From Williopsis jadinii (lineage: Eukaryota): a stretch of 64,000 nucleotides of DNA. The stretch spans positions 434,001 to 498,000 of the forward strand of contig AP024665.1 of NCBI GenBank assembly GCA_024346625.1, in the 5' to 3' direction. The notes under the pieces are model-generated. The model was given only the letters and a program-made list of their open reading frames with translations, was not told the DNA's origin and did not search any database. Numbering within the stretch: the first letter of the stretch is position 1; every line of letters starts with the position of its first letter. Shown here one piece after another: positions 10,738 to 21,218 of the stretch. The translations under genes were made by a program, and so were the position numbers.

Positions 10738-13700
10738 ATGTCCATACAATACTCTGTGAGCTCATTGGGATCTTTCATGAGAGCGATGGAAACAGTGCGT
10801 GAGGCACTGGAATCGCTGGATCAGGAACCTCTGCAGTTACCAGTTCCGAAAGTTGATCAAGATAACACACGGATTGACCTAAGTGTGTTGACGAGATTTG
10901 GGGATATTGAATATGAAGAAGACTTTTCCGATGACTCTGATATGGTGGACTATGGTCTGTACGATCAGTTAACGAAAGAATGTGAGCGTATTGCCTCCAA
11001 AAGAAACGATATGACAGCTCAAGAACTGCTGGACTCTATTGTCTCGATCCTCTCTAGTGAATCGTCGGATGACAATTTACAGTCATTGCTCTTTGATATG
11101 CTTGGTTTCGATGAATTCGATCTCATATCAAGGCTTGTGACTGAGAAGGAACTCTTCCTCATTGATATGTCGAAACAAAAACAGGAGAAACCACGCAGAC
11201 AGTTCTTCACTGAGGAAGAGATACGACAACAGGTGAATAAACCAAAAGTCAAAACCAATGACACCTCTGAACCATACTATTCTCAACCAAAGTACCCGAA
11301 CGTGTTCAAAGCTTTTGATGGGGGAAATATGTTGGCTTTCAATGGACAGAAGTTTGCTCTGCCAATGGGAACAGAGAGAAGACAGACTGAGCTCTACGAT
11401 GAAATTCTTATACCGATCCAACAGAAGAAAAGACTCAGAAATCTGAATGAAGTTCCAGTTATGATATCTGACCTCGATGCACTCTGTCAGGGGACTTTTA
11501 AGGGTTATTCTTCGTTGAATAGAATGCAATCCTTGGTTTACCCTGTTGCCTACAACACTAACGAAAATATGCTGGTCTGTGCTCCAACAGGTGCTGGTAA
11601 AACAGATGTGGCACTTCTGGCCATTCTTCATACCATTTCCCAGTTTACAACAGAGACAGAAGACACTATAGACATCGACTATGGTGAATTTAAGATCGTG
11701 TACGTTGCACCATTGAAGGCCCTCGCTGCTGAGATTGTCGAGAAGTTTCAAAAAAAGTTACAATGGCTCGGTATACAAGTCAGAGAGCTTACTGGTGATA
11801 TGCAACTTACTAAAGCAGAGATCCTTGCAACCCAGATTATTGTGACGACACCAGAGAAGTGGGATGTTGTTACTCGTAAAGGTAACGGTGATAACGAGTT
11901 GGTCAATAAGGTCCAACTATTGATCATTGACGAGGTCCATTTGCTTCATGAAGAGCGTGGTTCAGTTATCGAGACCCTTGTGGCTCGTACCCTTCGTCAA
12001 GTTGAAAGTACTCAGTCAATGATTAGGGTTGTTGGTCTATCTGCAACTTTACCAAATTTCGTCGACGTGGCTGATTTCTTAGGTGTTAATAGGCAAATTG
12101 GTATGTTCTTCTTTGACCAATCGTTCAGACCAATCCCACTGAAGCAAGAACTTCTTGGTGTTGTTGGTAAGAGTGGCTCGAAACAAGCAAGAGAAAATAT
12201 CGATAAGGTTGCCTACGAAAAGCTTGTTGAGGAGCTCAGAAATGGAGCACAGGTCATGGTATTTGTCCATTCAAGAAAGGACACTGTGAAAACTGCACAG
12301 ACATTTGCCCGCATGGCACGGGACTTCAATGAGACATCATTATTTGACTGTTCTGAGAGTGATCAATTCGAGAGATTCAAACGTGAGATGTCTAAGAATC
12401 ACAATAAAGACCTTCGGGAGACTTTTGAAACCGGTTTCGGATGTCATCATGCCGGTATGTTGAGAGCTGATCGTAATCTAACGGAAAAGATGTTTGCAGC
12501 TGGTGCTATTAAGGTGTTGTGCTGTACTGCAACATTAGCTTGGGGTGTTAATTTGCCCGCAGCTGTTGTGATTGTGAAAGGAACCCAGGTGTATGATTCT
12601 AAGAAAGGTGGCTTTACTGATCTTGGTATATCTGACGTGATTCAAATCTTTGGTCGTGCTGGTAGACCACAATATGAAAAATATGGTACTGGTATCTTAT
12701 GCACAACCAAAGACAGATTGGACGAATATGTCAGATTACTAACGTCTCAACACCCTATTGAATCCAAGTTAAGTGATAAGCTCGTTGACAATTTGAATGC
12801 TGAAATATCGTTAGGAACTGTCACAAATGTTGATGAAGGAGTCAAGTGGCTGGGTTATACATATATGTTTGTGCGTATGAAACAAAACCCTTTTGCATAT
12901 GGAATTGACTGGAAAGAGTTGAATGACGATCCTCAGCTGTTTGGAAGAAGAACCAAAATGATCACCACAGCAGCTCGCCGTCTTCATTCTTTACAGATGA
13001 TTATATTTGATGAGAGATCTTTACACTTCATTCCGAAAGACCTCGGAAGAATTGCATCTGACTTTTATTTGTTGAATGACAGTATTGAGATATTCAATCA
13101 AATATGTAACCCAAGAGCAACTGAGGCAGATGTTCTATCTATGATATCCATGTGCAGTGAATTCGACGCCATCAAATTCAGACAAGAAGAGGCTACTGAA
13201 CTTGCAAAGCTCCTTGAAGAAAAGTCGCCATGTCAAATTGGAGCAGAAATTGAATCAGCTCCTGGTAAAACAAATGTTTTACTTCAATCGTACATCTCAC
13301 GAGCTCATGTTAAGGATTCTGCTCTATTTTCAGATACCAATTACGTCGCACAGAATTCGATCAGAATTTGTCGAGCACTGTTTCTCATTGGTCTTCACAG
13401 ACGTTGGGGAACATACGCCAAAGTTATGCTTTCTATCTGCAAGGCTATCGAAAGACGACTTTGGCCTTATGAGCATCCTTTGAAACAGTTTGACTTACCT
13501 CAGCAAATTATGAGAGTAATTGAATCAAAGAATCCCTCGATAGATGATCTGCGTGAGCTGGAACCAAAAGAGTTGGGGGATCTGGTCCATAACACCAAAA
13601 TGGGTTCTACTCTTTACAATCTGATAGGAAGGCTACCAACCATCTTGGTGGATGCTGAAGTATTCCCAATTACGAAGAATGTGATGAGAGTACATGTGAA

Positions 13701-16533
13701 TTTACAACCTGACTTCGCTTGGTCGGAGAAATTCCACGGAAATGCTGAATTCTTTTGGGTATTGGTTGAGGAATCTAACAAATCAGAAATTCTACACTTT
13801 GAGAAGTTCATTTTAGGTCGCAGGCAGATGAAATCGCCACATGAAATGGACTTTATGATTCCTTTGGCTGATCCTTTGCCTCCTCAAATTGTAATTCGTG
13901 TGATATCTGATACTTGGTTGGGTTCTGAAACAATCCACAGCATCTCTTTCCAACATCTGATCAGACCTCATAACGAGACACTTCAAACAAAATTACTCAG
14001 ATTGAACCCATTACCAATAACTGCGCTTCACAACGCAGAAACTGAGGGAATTTACTCGCCAAAGTTCCGCTACTTCAATGCGATGCAAACCATGACATTC
14101 CACACGTTGTATAATACGAATGACTCTGTGTTTGTTGGATCGCCAACTGGTTCTGGTAAGACGGTGGTTGCAGAGCTTGCTATCTGGCACGCTTTTAATG
14201 AATTCCCTGGTTCAAAGATTGTATACATTGCTCCAATGAAAGCGCTTGTTCGTGAAAGAGTGGATGACTGGAGGGAAAGACTGACTCCGAAAACGGGTCA
14301 TAGAGTCGTGGAGTTGACTGGTGATAATATACCTGCTGCTAATGAAGTTCGTGATGCTTCCATTATTATCACAACACCAGAGAAATTTGATGGTATCTCC
14401 CGTAATTGGCAAACCAGAAAATTTGTTCAAAAAGTGTCGCTCGTTATTATGGATGAAATCCATTTGTTGGCATCTGACCGTGGTCCTATCTTAGAGATGA
14501 TTGTCAGTCGTATGCGTTACATTGAATCTCAAACTAAGAAGCCTATTAGACTCCTTGGTCTTTCCACTGCTGTTTCAAATGCATTCGATATGGCAGGATG
14601 GCTTGGTGTGAAACAAGGTCTGTTTAATTTCCCACAGTCTGTTCGTCCTGTTCCCTTGGAGATGTACATTGATGGCTTCCAGGATAATCTGGCATTCTGC
14701 CCCTTGATGAAAACTATGAATAAGCCGGCATTCATGGCTATCAAGGCACATTCGCCTGATAAACCTGTCCTGATATTTGTCGCTTCGAGAAGACAAACAA
14801 GACTGACAGCTTTGGATCTAATTCATCTATGTGGTATGGAAGAGAATCCTCGTCGCTTCCTCAAGATGGGTGAGGATGAGCTAAACGGCTACCTCGAGAA
14901 TGTGAAAGATGAAACGTTGCGTCTTGCACTTCAGTTTGGTATAGGCTTGCATCATGCTGGTCTTGTAGATAGTGACAGAAAGATATCTCATAAGCTGTTT
15001 CAAGAGAATAAGATTCAGATACTTGTGGCTACAAGTACCTTAGCTTGGGGTGTTAACTTACCAGCTCATCTTGTGATTATCAAGGGTACACAATTTTTCG
15101 ATGCAAAGATTGAAGCCTACAGAGATATGGATTTGACTGACATCCTCCAAATGATGGGTCGTGCTGGTCGTCCAGCTTATGATACTAGTGGTATCGCTAT
15201 CGTGTACACGAAGGAGTCCAAAAAGATGTTTTACAAGCATTTCCTCAATGTTGGCTTTCCTGTGGAATCCAGTTTGCACAAGGTTTTAGATGACCACGTT
15301 GGTGCTGAAATTGCTGCTGGTACTATCAAGTCAAGGCAAGAAGCTCTAGACTTTTTGACGTGGACTTTCTTGTTTAGAAGGGCACATAACAATCCAACGT
15401 ACTACGGGATTGAAGATACAACCACTGCAGGTGTCAGCTTGTATCTCTCAAAAATCATTGATACTGCTATTAACAACTTGGTTGAATCTAGCTGTGTTAT
15501 TGCTGGTGAAAACTCCTTAGAAGCTACACCTTACTTGATCATCTCATCATACTATTATATGTCTCACAAGACGATCCGTAATCTTGTGGCCCAGGTGTCG
15601 AAGGACAGCACATTCCGTGAATGTCTACGTTTCATGTCTGAAGCCACGGAGTACAATGAATTGCCTACACGTCACGGAGAAGAAATAATGAATATGGAAA
15701 TGTCACAACAACTGAGATATCCGGCCGATGATCTTGTTGACAGACCTATCTGGGATCCTCATATCAAGACTTATTTGCTGTTACAGGCATATATGTCACG
15801 CGCAGATTTACCTATTGCCGATTATTCCCAAGACACGGTCACTGTTTTGGATCAAGCACTTCGTATTCTTCAGGCATATATCGACGTTGCGAGCGAGATG
15901 GGATACTTGGACACTGTTTTGATGTTCATTAAATTGATGCAATGTGTTAAGCAAGGTTGTTGGTTTGATGATGATACAGTTACGGCCCTTCCTGGTGCCC
16001 AGTTGAAGAGAAAAGAAGAATATAATCCTGATGGTATCAGCACTGAACTCTCTTCTCTGGGAGAGAAGAGCTCGAAGAAACAAACAACTCTGAATGAACT
16101 TGGCTCATATCAAGGAAAGAAACTTGAGAACTTCTCCCATAAAGTAGGAGTGGATGATGAAAATCGCAAAGAGTTCATTCGTACAGTGTCCAAACTTCCA
16201 ATTTGTTCGTTCACAATTGAGCAAAAGAACCCAGATCGCTTAAATGTTTATTTGAAACACCTAAACTCTCCTGTGAATAAGGACTTCAAGATGCTTCTTC
16301 ACCGCTTCCCAAAGGCACAAAAGGAATCGTGGTTTATCATACTGTTTGAAAGATCGACACGTGAGCTTCTGACTCTTAAAAGAGCAATGCCTATGATGTC
16401 AAAGGGTGATCGTAACGGTTGCATCAATGCTGAATTATCCATCGCGAAAGAACTACAGGGCAAAGCTGTCTGTATATTGGCTGTGAATGATGCCTTTGAT
16501 ATACAGTATCAACAGGATATCCAGTTAATGTGA
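10738..16533 (+). CDS. SLH1: Ski2-like double-cassette RNA helicase (Slh1/Rqt2/ASCC3)
   Basis: Two helicase cassettes (APTGAGKT/DEVH and SPTGSGKT/DEIH), each followed by a Sec63-like region. First ATG at 10738. Near EFG1 as in S. cerevisiae. Confidence 0.93.
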   Translation: MSIQYSVSSLGSFMRAMETVREALESLDQEPLQLPVPKVDQDNTRIDLSVLTRFGDIEYEEDFSDDSDMVDYGLYDQLTKECERIASKRNDMTAQELLDSIVSILSSESSDDNLQSLLFDMLGFDEFDLISRLVTEKELFLIDMSKQKQEKPRRQFFTEEEIRQQVNKPKVKTNDTSEPYYSQPKYPNVFKAFDGGNMLAFNGQKFALPMGTERRQTELYDEILIPIQQKKRLRNLNEVPVMISDLDALCQGTFKGYSSLNRMQSLVYPVAYNTNENMLVCAPTGAGKTDVALLAILHTISQFTTETEDTIDIDYGEFKIVYVAPLKALAAEIVEKFQKKLQWLGIQVRELTGDMQLTKAEILATQIIVTTPEKWDVVTRKGNGDNELVNKVQLLIIDEVHLLHEERGSVIETLVARTLRQVESTQSMIRVVGLSATLPNFVDVADFLGVNRQIGMFFFDQSFRPIPLKQELLGVVGKSGSKQARENIDKVAYEKLVEELRNGAQVMVFVHSRKDTVKTAQTFARMARDFNETSLFDCSESDQFERFKREMSKNHNKDLRETFETGFGCHHAGMLRADRNLTEKMFAAGAIKVLCCTATLAWGVNLPAAVVIVKGTQVYDSKKGGFTDLGISDVIQIFGRAGRPQYEKYGTGILCTTKDRLDEYVRLLTSQHPIESKLSDKLVDNLNAEISLGTVTNVDEGVKWLGYTYMFVRMKQNPFAYGIDWKELNDDPQLFGRRTKMITTAARRLHSLQMIIFDERSLHFIPKDLGRIASDFYLLNDSIEIFNQICNPRATEADVLSMISMCSEFDAIKFRQEEATELAKLLEEKSPCQIGAEIESAPGKTNVLLQSYISRAHVKDSALFSDTNYVAQNSIRICRALFLIGLHRRWGTYAKVMLSICKAIERRLWPYEHPLKQFDLPQQIMRVIESKNPSIDDLRELEPKELGDLVHNTKMGSTLYNLIGRLPTILVDAEVFPITKNVMRVHVNLQPDFAWSEKFHGNAEFFWVLVEESNKSEILHFEKFILGRRQMKSPHEMDFMIPLADPLPPQIVIRVISDTWLGSETIHSISFQHLIRPHNETLQTKLLRLNPLPITALHNAETEGIYSPKFRYFNAMQTMTFHTLYNTNDSVFVGSPTGSGKTVVAELAIWHAFNEFPGSKIVYIAPMKALVRERVDDWRERLTPKTGHRVVELTGDNIPAANEVRDASIIITTPEKFDGISRNWQTRKFVQKVSLVIMDEIHLLASDRGPILEMIVSRMRYIESQTKKPIRLLGLSTAVSNAFDMAGWLGVKQGLFNFPQSVRPVPLEMYIDGFQDNLAFCPLMKTMNKPAFMAIKAHSPDKPVLIFVASRRQTRLTALDLIHLCGMEENPRRFLKMGEDELNGYLENVKDETLRLALQFGIGLHHAGLVDSDRKISHKLFQENKIQILVATSTLAWGVNLPAHLVIIKGTQFFDAKIEAYRDMDLTDILQMMGRAGRPAYDTSGIAIVYTKESKKMFYKHFLNVGFPVESSLHKVLDDHVGAEIAAGTIKSRQEALDFLTWTFLFRRAHNNPTYYGIEDTTTAGVSLYLSKIIDTAINNLVESSCVIAGENSLEATPYLIISSYYYMSHKTIRNLVAQVSKDSTFRECLRFMSEATEYNELPTRHGEEIMNMEMSQQLRYPADDLVDRPIWDPHIKTYLLLQAYMSRADLPIADYSQDTVTVLDQALRILQAYIDVASEMGYLDTVLMFIKLMQCVKQGCWFDDDTVTALPGAQLKRKEEYNPDGISTELSSLGEKSSKKQTTLNELGSYQGKKLENFSHKVGVDDENRKEFIRTVSKLPICSFTIEQKNPDRLNVYLKHLNSPVNKDFKMLLHRFPKAQKESWFIILFERSTRELLTLKRAMPMMSKGDRNGCINAELSIAKELQGKAVCILAVNDAFDIQYQQDIQLM

Positions 16534-16784
16534 GACTGTGGTGGTCATATCACGGACTGTCTGTACCCTCTATCTACAGTTATAGTATGACAATTATTAC
16601 GCACCATCTAATGATTGGTCGACTCTAATAAATGAAGAATCTTACTGCGGATGAAACGAAGCTTTAGAGTAACTTACTGTAAGCTTCTAGTATCACAACC
16701 CGTCCTATCATTATCAGCCAGAGCTTCGATCACAGCTAGAGGAAGCCATGCTCACGTGAGCTGAACAAGAAGTTTAAAAAAAAA

Positions 16785-16871
16785 TCTCTCGGGGGCGATT
16801 CGAACGCCCGATGTTCAGATGACTTTCTAACATTACAGTCTGACGCCTTAAACCAACTTGGCCACCGAGAG
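16785..16871 (-). tRNA. tRNA-Tyr(GUA) with 12-nt intron (16832-16821)
   Basis: Minus strand CTCTCGGTGGCCAAGTTGGTTTAAGGCGTCAGACTGTAA[TGTTAGAAAGTC]ATCTGAACATCGGGCGTTCGAATCGCCCCCGAGAGA, followed by an oligo-T Pol III terminator. Confidence 0.97.
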
Positions 16872-17034
16872 GCAATTGTTGTTCGGAAGCTGCGGTTGTT
16901 GCAGTAGTTGCATACCTTTGGTTGGCGCACACTTCTATTATTGAAAAAAAGCTTGATTGCACTCTAACGTATCAACGAAATCATTTATGTCTCACTATTC
17001 GATTCAATCAGCATAATCATCTATTGAAAAGACA

Positions 17035-18714
17035 ATGTCTGATAGACTGGTCTCTTTATTGAAATGGGTTTCTGACAACGGTGCCAAGATCTCTCCTTCA
17101 CTTGAATTCAGAGATACAGCAGATGGTATTTCCTGCTTTGCTACCTCATCGCCTGAAGGTGATGAGCTCTTCACTGTCCCACAAGTGCTTGCCATCACGC
17201 CTGTTTTGGCTTCTGATGCGCTTGGAATTCAATTGAAAGGAAACAGAAATTCCCTCACGCAACTCCTTCTCGCAAAGCTTCGTTTCCATGATGAAGAGAC
17301 TTCTGTTAATGGTCGGGATCTAAAGAGCTTCTTCAAACCATATCTCGACATTCTTCCAACCTCTGAAGAAACTAGAAGCCCATATTTTTGGGGAGTTGAG
17401 AGAGAGCTGCTCAAAGGAACTGACGCTGATGTTGCCGTGGATAAGGCCATTATGAACCATTTAGAGGAATGGTATTCTGTGGTTCAAAAACTCGACACCA
17501 AGTTAAGACCTTCGACTTATTCCGAAGAGATTGAATTTTATTCAACTTTGAAGACTTCAAAGCCAAAACATTTTGCGGCTTATTTCAACAATCCTACAAG
17601 TTGGATGTCATTTCCTGCTTATCTATGGTCGTGTGCCATCTTCAACTCCCGTGCTTTTCCTTTTATTCTGAATTCCTCGAAGGCACAGGATCTCAATGAG
17701 GCATTCTTGTTGCCTGTCTTTGATCTTCTTAACCATAACAATCAAAAGGCTGAAGTGAAATGGGAATTTGAGAATAACCAGTACATCTTCAAGACAAAGC
17801 AGGTGTTGGAGCAAGGATCCGAGGTCTTCAACAGTTACGGACCAAAGACCAACGAGGAGTTATTGTTAAACTACGGTTTTGTCCTTGAGGATAATCCTGA
17901 TGATAAGGCTAATATCTCATTGCGAATTCCAGAAGATGAGGTTGAAAATGCAATAAAATTTGGGGTTGACATTCAAGGACATGAAGTCTCGTTCGAAATA
18001 ACTAAGCAGAACCCATTGCCGGAGTCCCTTGTTGTTTTGTTCTGTTTCCTCCTGAAGAATTCATCTGAAAGTGTGATAACTTTGAGAAATAAGCTTGAAG
18101 GTTTGAAGTATCTCTCTAGTATCCTACAACAGAAACTTGATGGGTTGAAGCCTGTTAAAGTTGATGGTTCTATTGATTCAAGGGTTGTTAAGAATACAAA
18201 GATCTACAGAAACGCTCATAAGCAATTTTTCCAATTATGTTACGAGAAATGTACTTCTCTGGAGAAGCAAATGTTGAAAGAGTACAAGCCGTTATCGTTC
18301 AAAACTATCTTCAAAACTGACAAAGCATTTGCAAACGCATTGCTCCTGATCTTTGGGATCACATCATATGAGCAGTTGAGCAAGACTGACGATTTGGACA
18401 GAGTCATTATCCTATGGCTCATCAGATGTGGTAACAAAAAGGCGTATAATGAGAAGAACCTTTTCCCAGATTTTATTCTTGACACTTATCAAGAAGTCTC
18501 AAAGACTGTTACTGTTACCAGAAAGGACATCCAAGATAACATACCTATATATAAGGCGCTTTTCCCAACTATTGCTGATAAAGTCCCAGAAGTTTTCGGT
18601 AAAGGTGATTGGAGCATCAAACAGTTCGTCATCGCAGAAGAAGTTCGTGACAAACTCTGCTTCGAAAGAAAAACAAGCCGTGAAGTCCTATTTCTACAGA
18701 ATATCAGAGTCTAA
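17035..18714 (+). CDS. EFM1: SET-domain protein-lysine methyltransferase (Efm1/Rkm1 family; closer to Efm1)
   Basis: KSFFKPYLDILP, SPYFW, YLWSCAIFNSRAFP, LNEAFLLPVFDLLNH, FNSYGPKTNEELLLNYGF. Confidence 0.75.
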   Translation: MSDRLVSLLKWVSDNGAKISPSLEFRDTADGISCFATSSPEGDELFTVPQVLAITPVLASDALGIQLKGNRNSLTQLLLAKLRFHDEETSVNGRDLKSFFKPYLDILPTSEETRSPYFWGVERELLKGTDADVAVDKAIMNHLEEWYSVVQKLDTKLRPSTYSEEIEFYSTLKTSKPKHFAAYFNNPTSWMSFPAYLWSCAIFNSRAFPFILNSSKAQDLNEAFLLPVFDLLNHNNQKAEVKWEFENNQYIFKTKQVLEQGSEVFNSYGPKTNEELLLNYGFVLEDNPDDKANISLRIPEDEVENAIKFGVDIQGHEVSFEITKQNPLPESLVVLFCFLLKNSSESVITLRNKLEGLKYLSSILQQKLDGLKPVKVDGSIDSRVVKNTKIYRNAHKQFFQLCYEKCTSLEKQMLKEYKPLSFKTIFKTDKAFANALLLIFGITSYEQLSKTDDLDRVIILWLIRCGNKKAYNEKNLFPDFILDTYQEVSKTVTVTRKDIQDNIPIYKALFPTIADKVPEVFGKGDWSIKQFVIAEEVRDKLCFERKTSREVLFLQNIRV

Positions 18715-18759
18715 AGCTAATCACAGTAATATAGACATACACCTGTTTATTTAGGTATC

Positions 18760-19455
18760 TTACTCAAAAAGTTCATCCTCCTCTTCCTCTTGTTCTTCCT
18801 TTGTCAGTTCCTGTACTCTTGTAGTTTCGAAGTTTGAGGCCAATGGAGTTTTATCAACAACAGAGCCCTCCACCACCTCTTCTAATGAAATTGGTAGTGT
18901 ATTCGTCTTATTCATTTGCTCAATCTCCTTCTTCAATGCGTTTCTGATTTCGCTCGTCTGCTGAGCACCTCTCTTCTTGTTATCGTCAAGCTCCCCTTCA
19001 TCACCATCTTCATTAGGAAACAGAGCAACGTATTTAACATCTCTTGGGAAGTTGACCACGTACAAGAGATCTGTCTCTGCGTGTGTCAACTTCTTTCTCG
19101 ATTTTTTGATCTCTTTCTTTTCAGCATCGCTACTCACCAACTCGTCGTATTCCTTCTTAGTCTTCTTGTATCTTCTCAAGGCCTTCTTCTTTTCAAAGAA
19201 TCTGATCATGTGATACTTCTTAGACAGTTTTTTGACCCTCTGTACGTTCTCGGCATTCTTCAACTCCACTTTGAGCGTCTCGAGAGCCCTTTCATTCTCC
19301 AACAGAACATCAGCTGGAAGAGAATCTCTCTTCTTTGTAATGAATCTTTCAATATCACGTATCTTCTTCTTCAGCTTGGAAGTGCCAGCACCTAAGACAT
19401 TGGCGACTTCGATAGATGTGCCATTAGATCTCTTCTTCCCTCTTATTGGAGCCAT
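18760..19455 (-). CDS. EFG1: rRNA-processing protein Efg1
   Basis: KLKKKIRDIER, KKYHMIRFFEKKKA, LLYVVNFP..KYVALFP. Confidence 0.93.
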   Translation of the reverse strand: MAPIRGKKRSNGTSIEVANVLGAGTSKLKKKIRDIERFITKKRDSLPADVLLENERALETLKVELKNAENVQRVKKLSKKYHMIRFFEKKKALRRYKKTKKEYDELVSSDAEKKEIKKSRKKLTHAETDLLYVVNFPRDVKYVALFPNEDGDEGELDDNKKRGAQQTSEIRNALKKEIEQMNKTNTLPISLEEVVEGSVVDKTPLASNFETTRVQELTKEEQEEEEDELFE

Positions 19456-19529
19456 TATTAAGCCTTTTTTCTATGCAATCAATGGCGTATATTCGTCTCA
19501 AGTTATGTCCATAGAAAACTTCTCTCGAA

Positions 19530-19605
19530 GCGATGAGCAGGGTAAAAAATTATAGTGAACTCTATCGCGAAAACGTTTTTTAAATACGATGAGATGAGAT
19601 GAGCT
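19530..19605. promoter_or_regulatory. PAC elements upstream of EFG1
   Basis: GCGATGAG at 19530-19537 and tandem GATGAGATGAGATGAGCT at 19588-19605, plus AAAAAATT. Confidence 0.7.
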
Positions 19606-19714
19606 CTACAGAGGAAACGTATAGTTAAGGAGCGTTAATTACTGTATAAAACTAAAGACCACCTAATCAGAGGATTGATTTGCACGTTTTGACACGATAA
19701 TACGTTTGAAGGTT

Positions 19715-20311
19715 TCAAGCAGTGTATCTCTTTTCAGCCTCAGCCCAGTTAATCACGTGCCAGATGGCCTTGAAATAATCAGCCTTGACGTTTTGGTATT
19801 GTAAGTAGTAGGCGTGTTCCCAGGCATCAATTGCAATCAATGGTATGAGCTCTGGACCCACAGTATCCTGGTTGGCAGTAGTTACAACTTCAATTGAGCC
19901 ATTGTCCTTGTTCTTGACAATCCACGCCCATCCAGAGCCTTGGATACTGGCTAGTTTGGAGTTTGTCAGGCTGATTAATTGGTCAAACGTTCCGTACTCC
20001 TTCTCAACTGCATCTGCTAATGGCCCAGTAGGGAACTTACCACCACCTTGAGACACAGGTGCCAAACTTTTCCAAAAGATGTTGTGGTTTCTATAGCCAC
20101 CCCCGTGGAATTTAATGGCTTGTTGTAACTCAATGACCTTCAGCACGTCACCAGCAGCCTCAGCATCAGTCAAACTGGCAATGGCAGCGTTATATCCATT
20201 GACATAGGTCTGATGGTGTTTTTTGTGGTGTATCTCGTTGATCTGTCCAGAGATATAGGGCTCAAGTGCGTTATAAGCGTAATCCAAGTCAGGTAAAGTA
20301 ACACTAACCAT
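19715..20311 (-). CDS. Manganese superoxide dismutase lacking a mitochondrial presequence (Sod3-like, probably cytosolic)
   Basis: HHKKHH, FHGGG, NH.IFW, QGSGW and DAWEHAYY motifs. Protein begins directly at the mature-domain start (MVSVTLPDL). In-frame stop 20 codons upstream. Confidence 0.92.
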   Translation of the reverse strand: MVSVTLPDLDYAYNALEPYISGQINEIHHKKHHQTYVNGYNAAIASLTDAEAAGDVLKVIELQQAIKFHGGGYRNHNIFWKSLAPVSQGGGKFPTGPLADAVEKEYGTFDQLISLTNSKLASIQGSGWAWIVKNKDNGSIEVVTTANQDTVGPELIPLIAIDAWEHAYYLQYQNVKADYFKAIWHVINWAEAEKRYTA

Positions 20312-20448
20312 TATAGCTATGGAGTTGGAATTGAGGTAGCGTAATGAAGAGGAGGTCCTTCTACAGCTTTAAAACATATTTTCCAAGACAAAGGATGTGG
20401 CACTTTCCATTGTGAAGATCGCAAGGGAATAAACCAAATGGGGTAAAT

Positions 20449-20469
20449 TTTGCTCTTGTAATTTGCTCA
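20449..20469. promoter_or_regulatory. Paired Mac1-type copper-response elements upstream of MnSOD
   Basis: TTTGCTCT (20449-20456) and TTTGCTCA (20462-20469); the known CuRE consensus is TTTGC(T/G)C(A/G). Confidence 0.65.
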
Positions 20470-20948
20470 AATATTGGTAACTATGTGTAATGTACATGAG
20501 TCCCGGCTTGATTGACCTGAATAGTCCTCCGTCTGACCTCTTGCCGAGACTTACTGTGGACACTACGTACGAATCTGTGCGTTCAGACTTTACCAAGTTA
20601 CACACGAAAGCTGACGTCTCACTGGAGATGTGCAATTCCTCTTCTTCTATCACTTAGGATTAAAACAGAATAGCATATAATGACCAAAGATTGCATGAAC
20701 CACTAGTGCAAGCCACAACGGTAGTGCTCCGACCATACTTTGTAATATACGAACTGAAGGCTCCGGGTAATGAGTGCTAAGCTCAACAAAGGTTGATGTA
20801 AGATCATATAGAGAGTTTTGATCTGTATATAGGCAATGCATCTGTTTTATTGTAGTAATTTTATCACTGGTGAGCTTCAAGATCCGTTAAGGTTCCCTTT
20901 TCGAAGCCCACCTCTGATTAGGCTGTATATCTTCGGTTTTCAACAAAA

Positions 20949-21020
20949 TCCGGCATGGTGTAGTGGCTAACATCGGTCGCTCTCACCGACCAGCCCGGGG
21001 TTCGATTCCCCGTACCGGAA
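20949..21020 (+). tRNA. tRNA-Glu(CUC)
   Basis: TCCGGCA acceptor, anticodon arm GGTCG-CTCTCAC-CGACC, T arm GGGGTTCGATTCCCC, then a T9 terminator. Confidence 0.95.
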
Positions 21021-21218
21021 TTTTTTTTTAAATTAGAGACTGGATAGCGTTGCCATCGTTGATCAGACATTTTCCATGAACCATACATGGAATACTTGTA
21101 TTATTGTGTAAGATTAGATGTTCCTACAACTAGCTGATTAAGAGAAATCATTGTTCATTAAAATTGGGTTATTTTCATGACTTGCTAATGTACATTCAAA
21201 CTGGTACTGTAGTCACAT

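Noticed and set aside
16750..16761. Palindrome GCTCACGTGAGC as centromere CDEI
   Set aside because: No AT-rich CDEII or CDEIII follows; at most an ordinary Cbf1-type site beside the tRNA.
20949..21020. C6-A67 mismatch in the tRNA-Glu acceptor stem as a sign of a pseudogene
   Set aside because: A and B boxes, the other stems and the terminator are intact; single acceptor-stem mismatches occur in functional yeast tRNAs.
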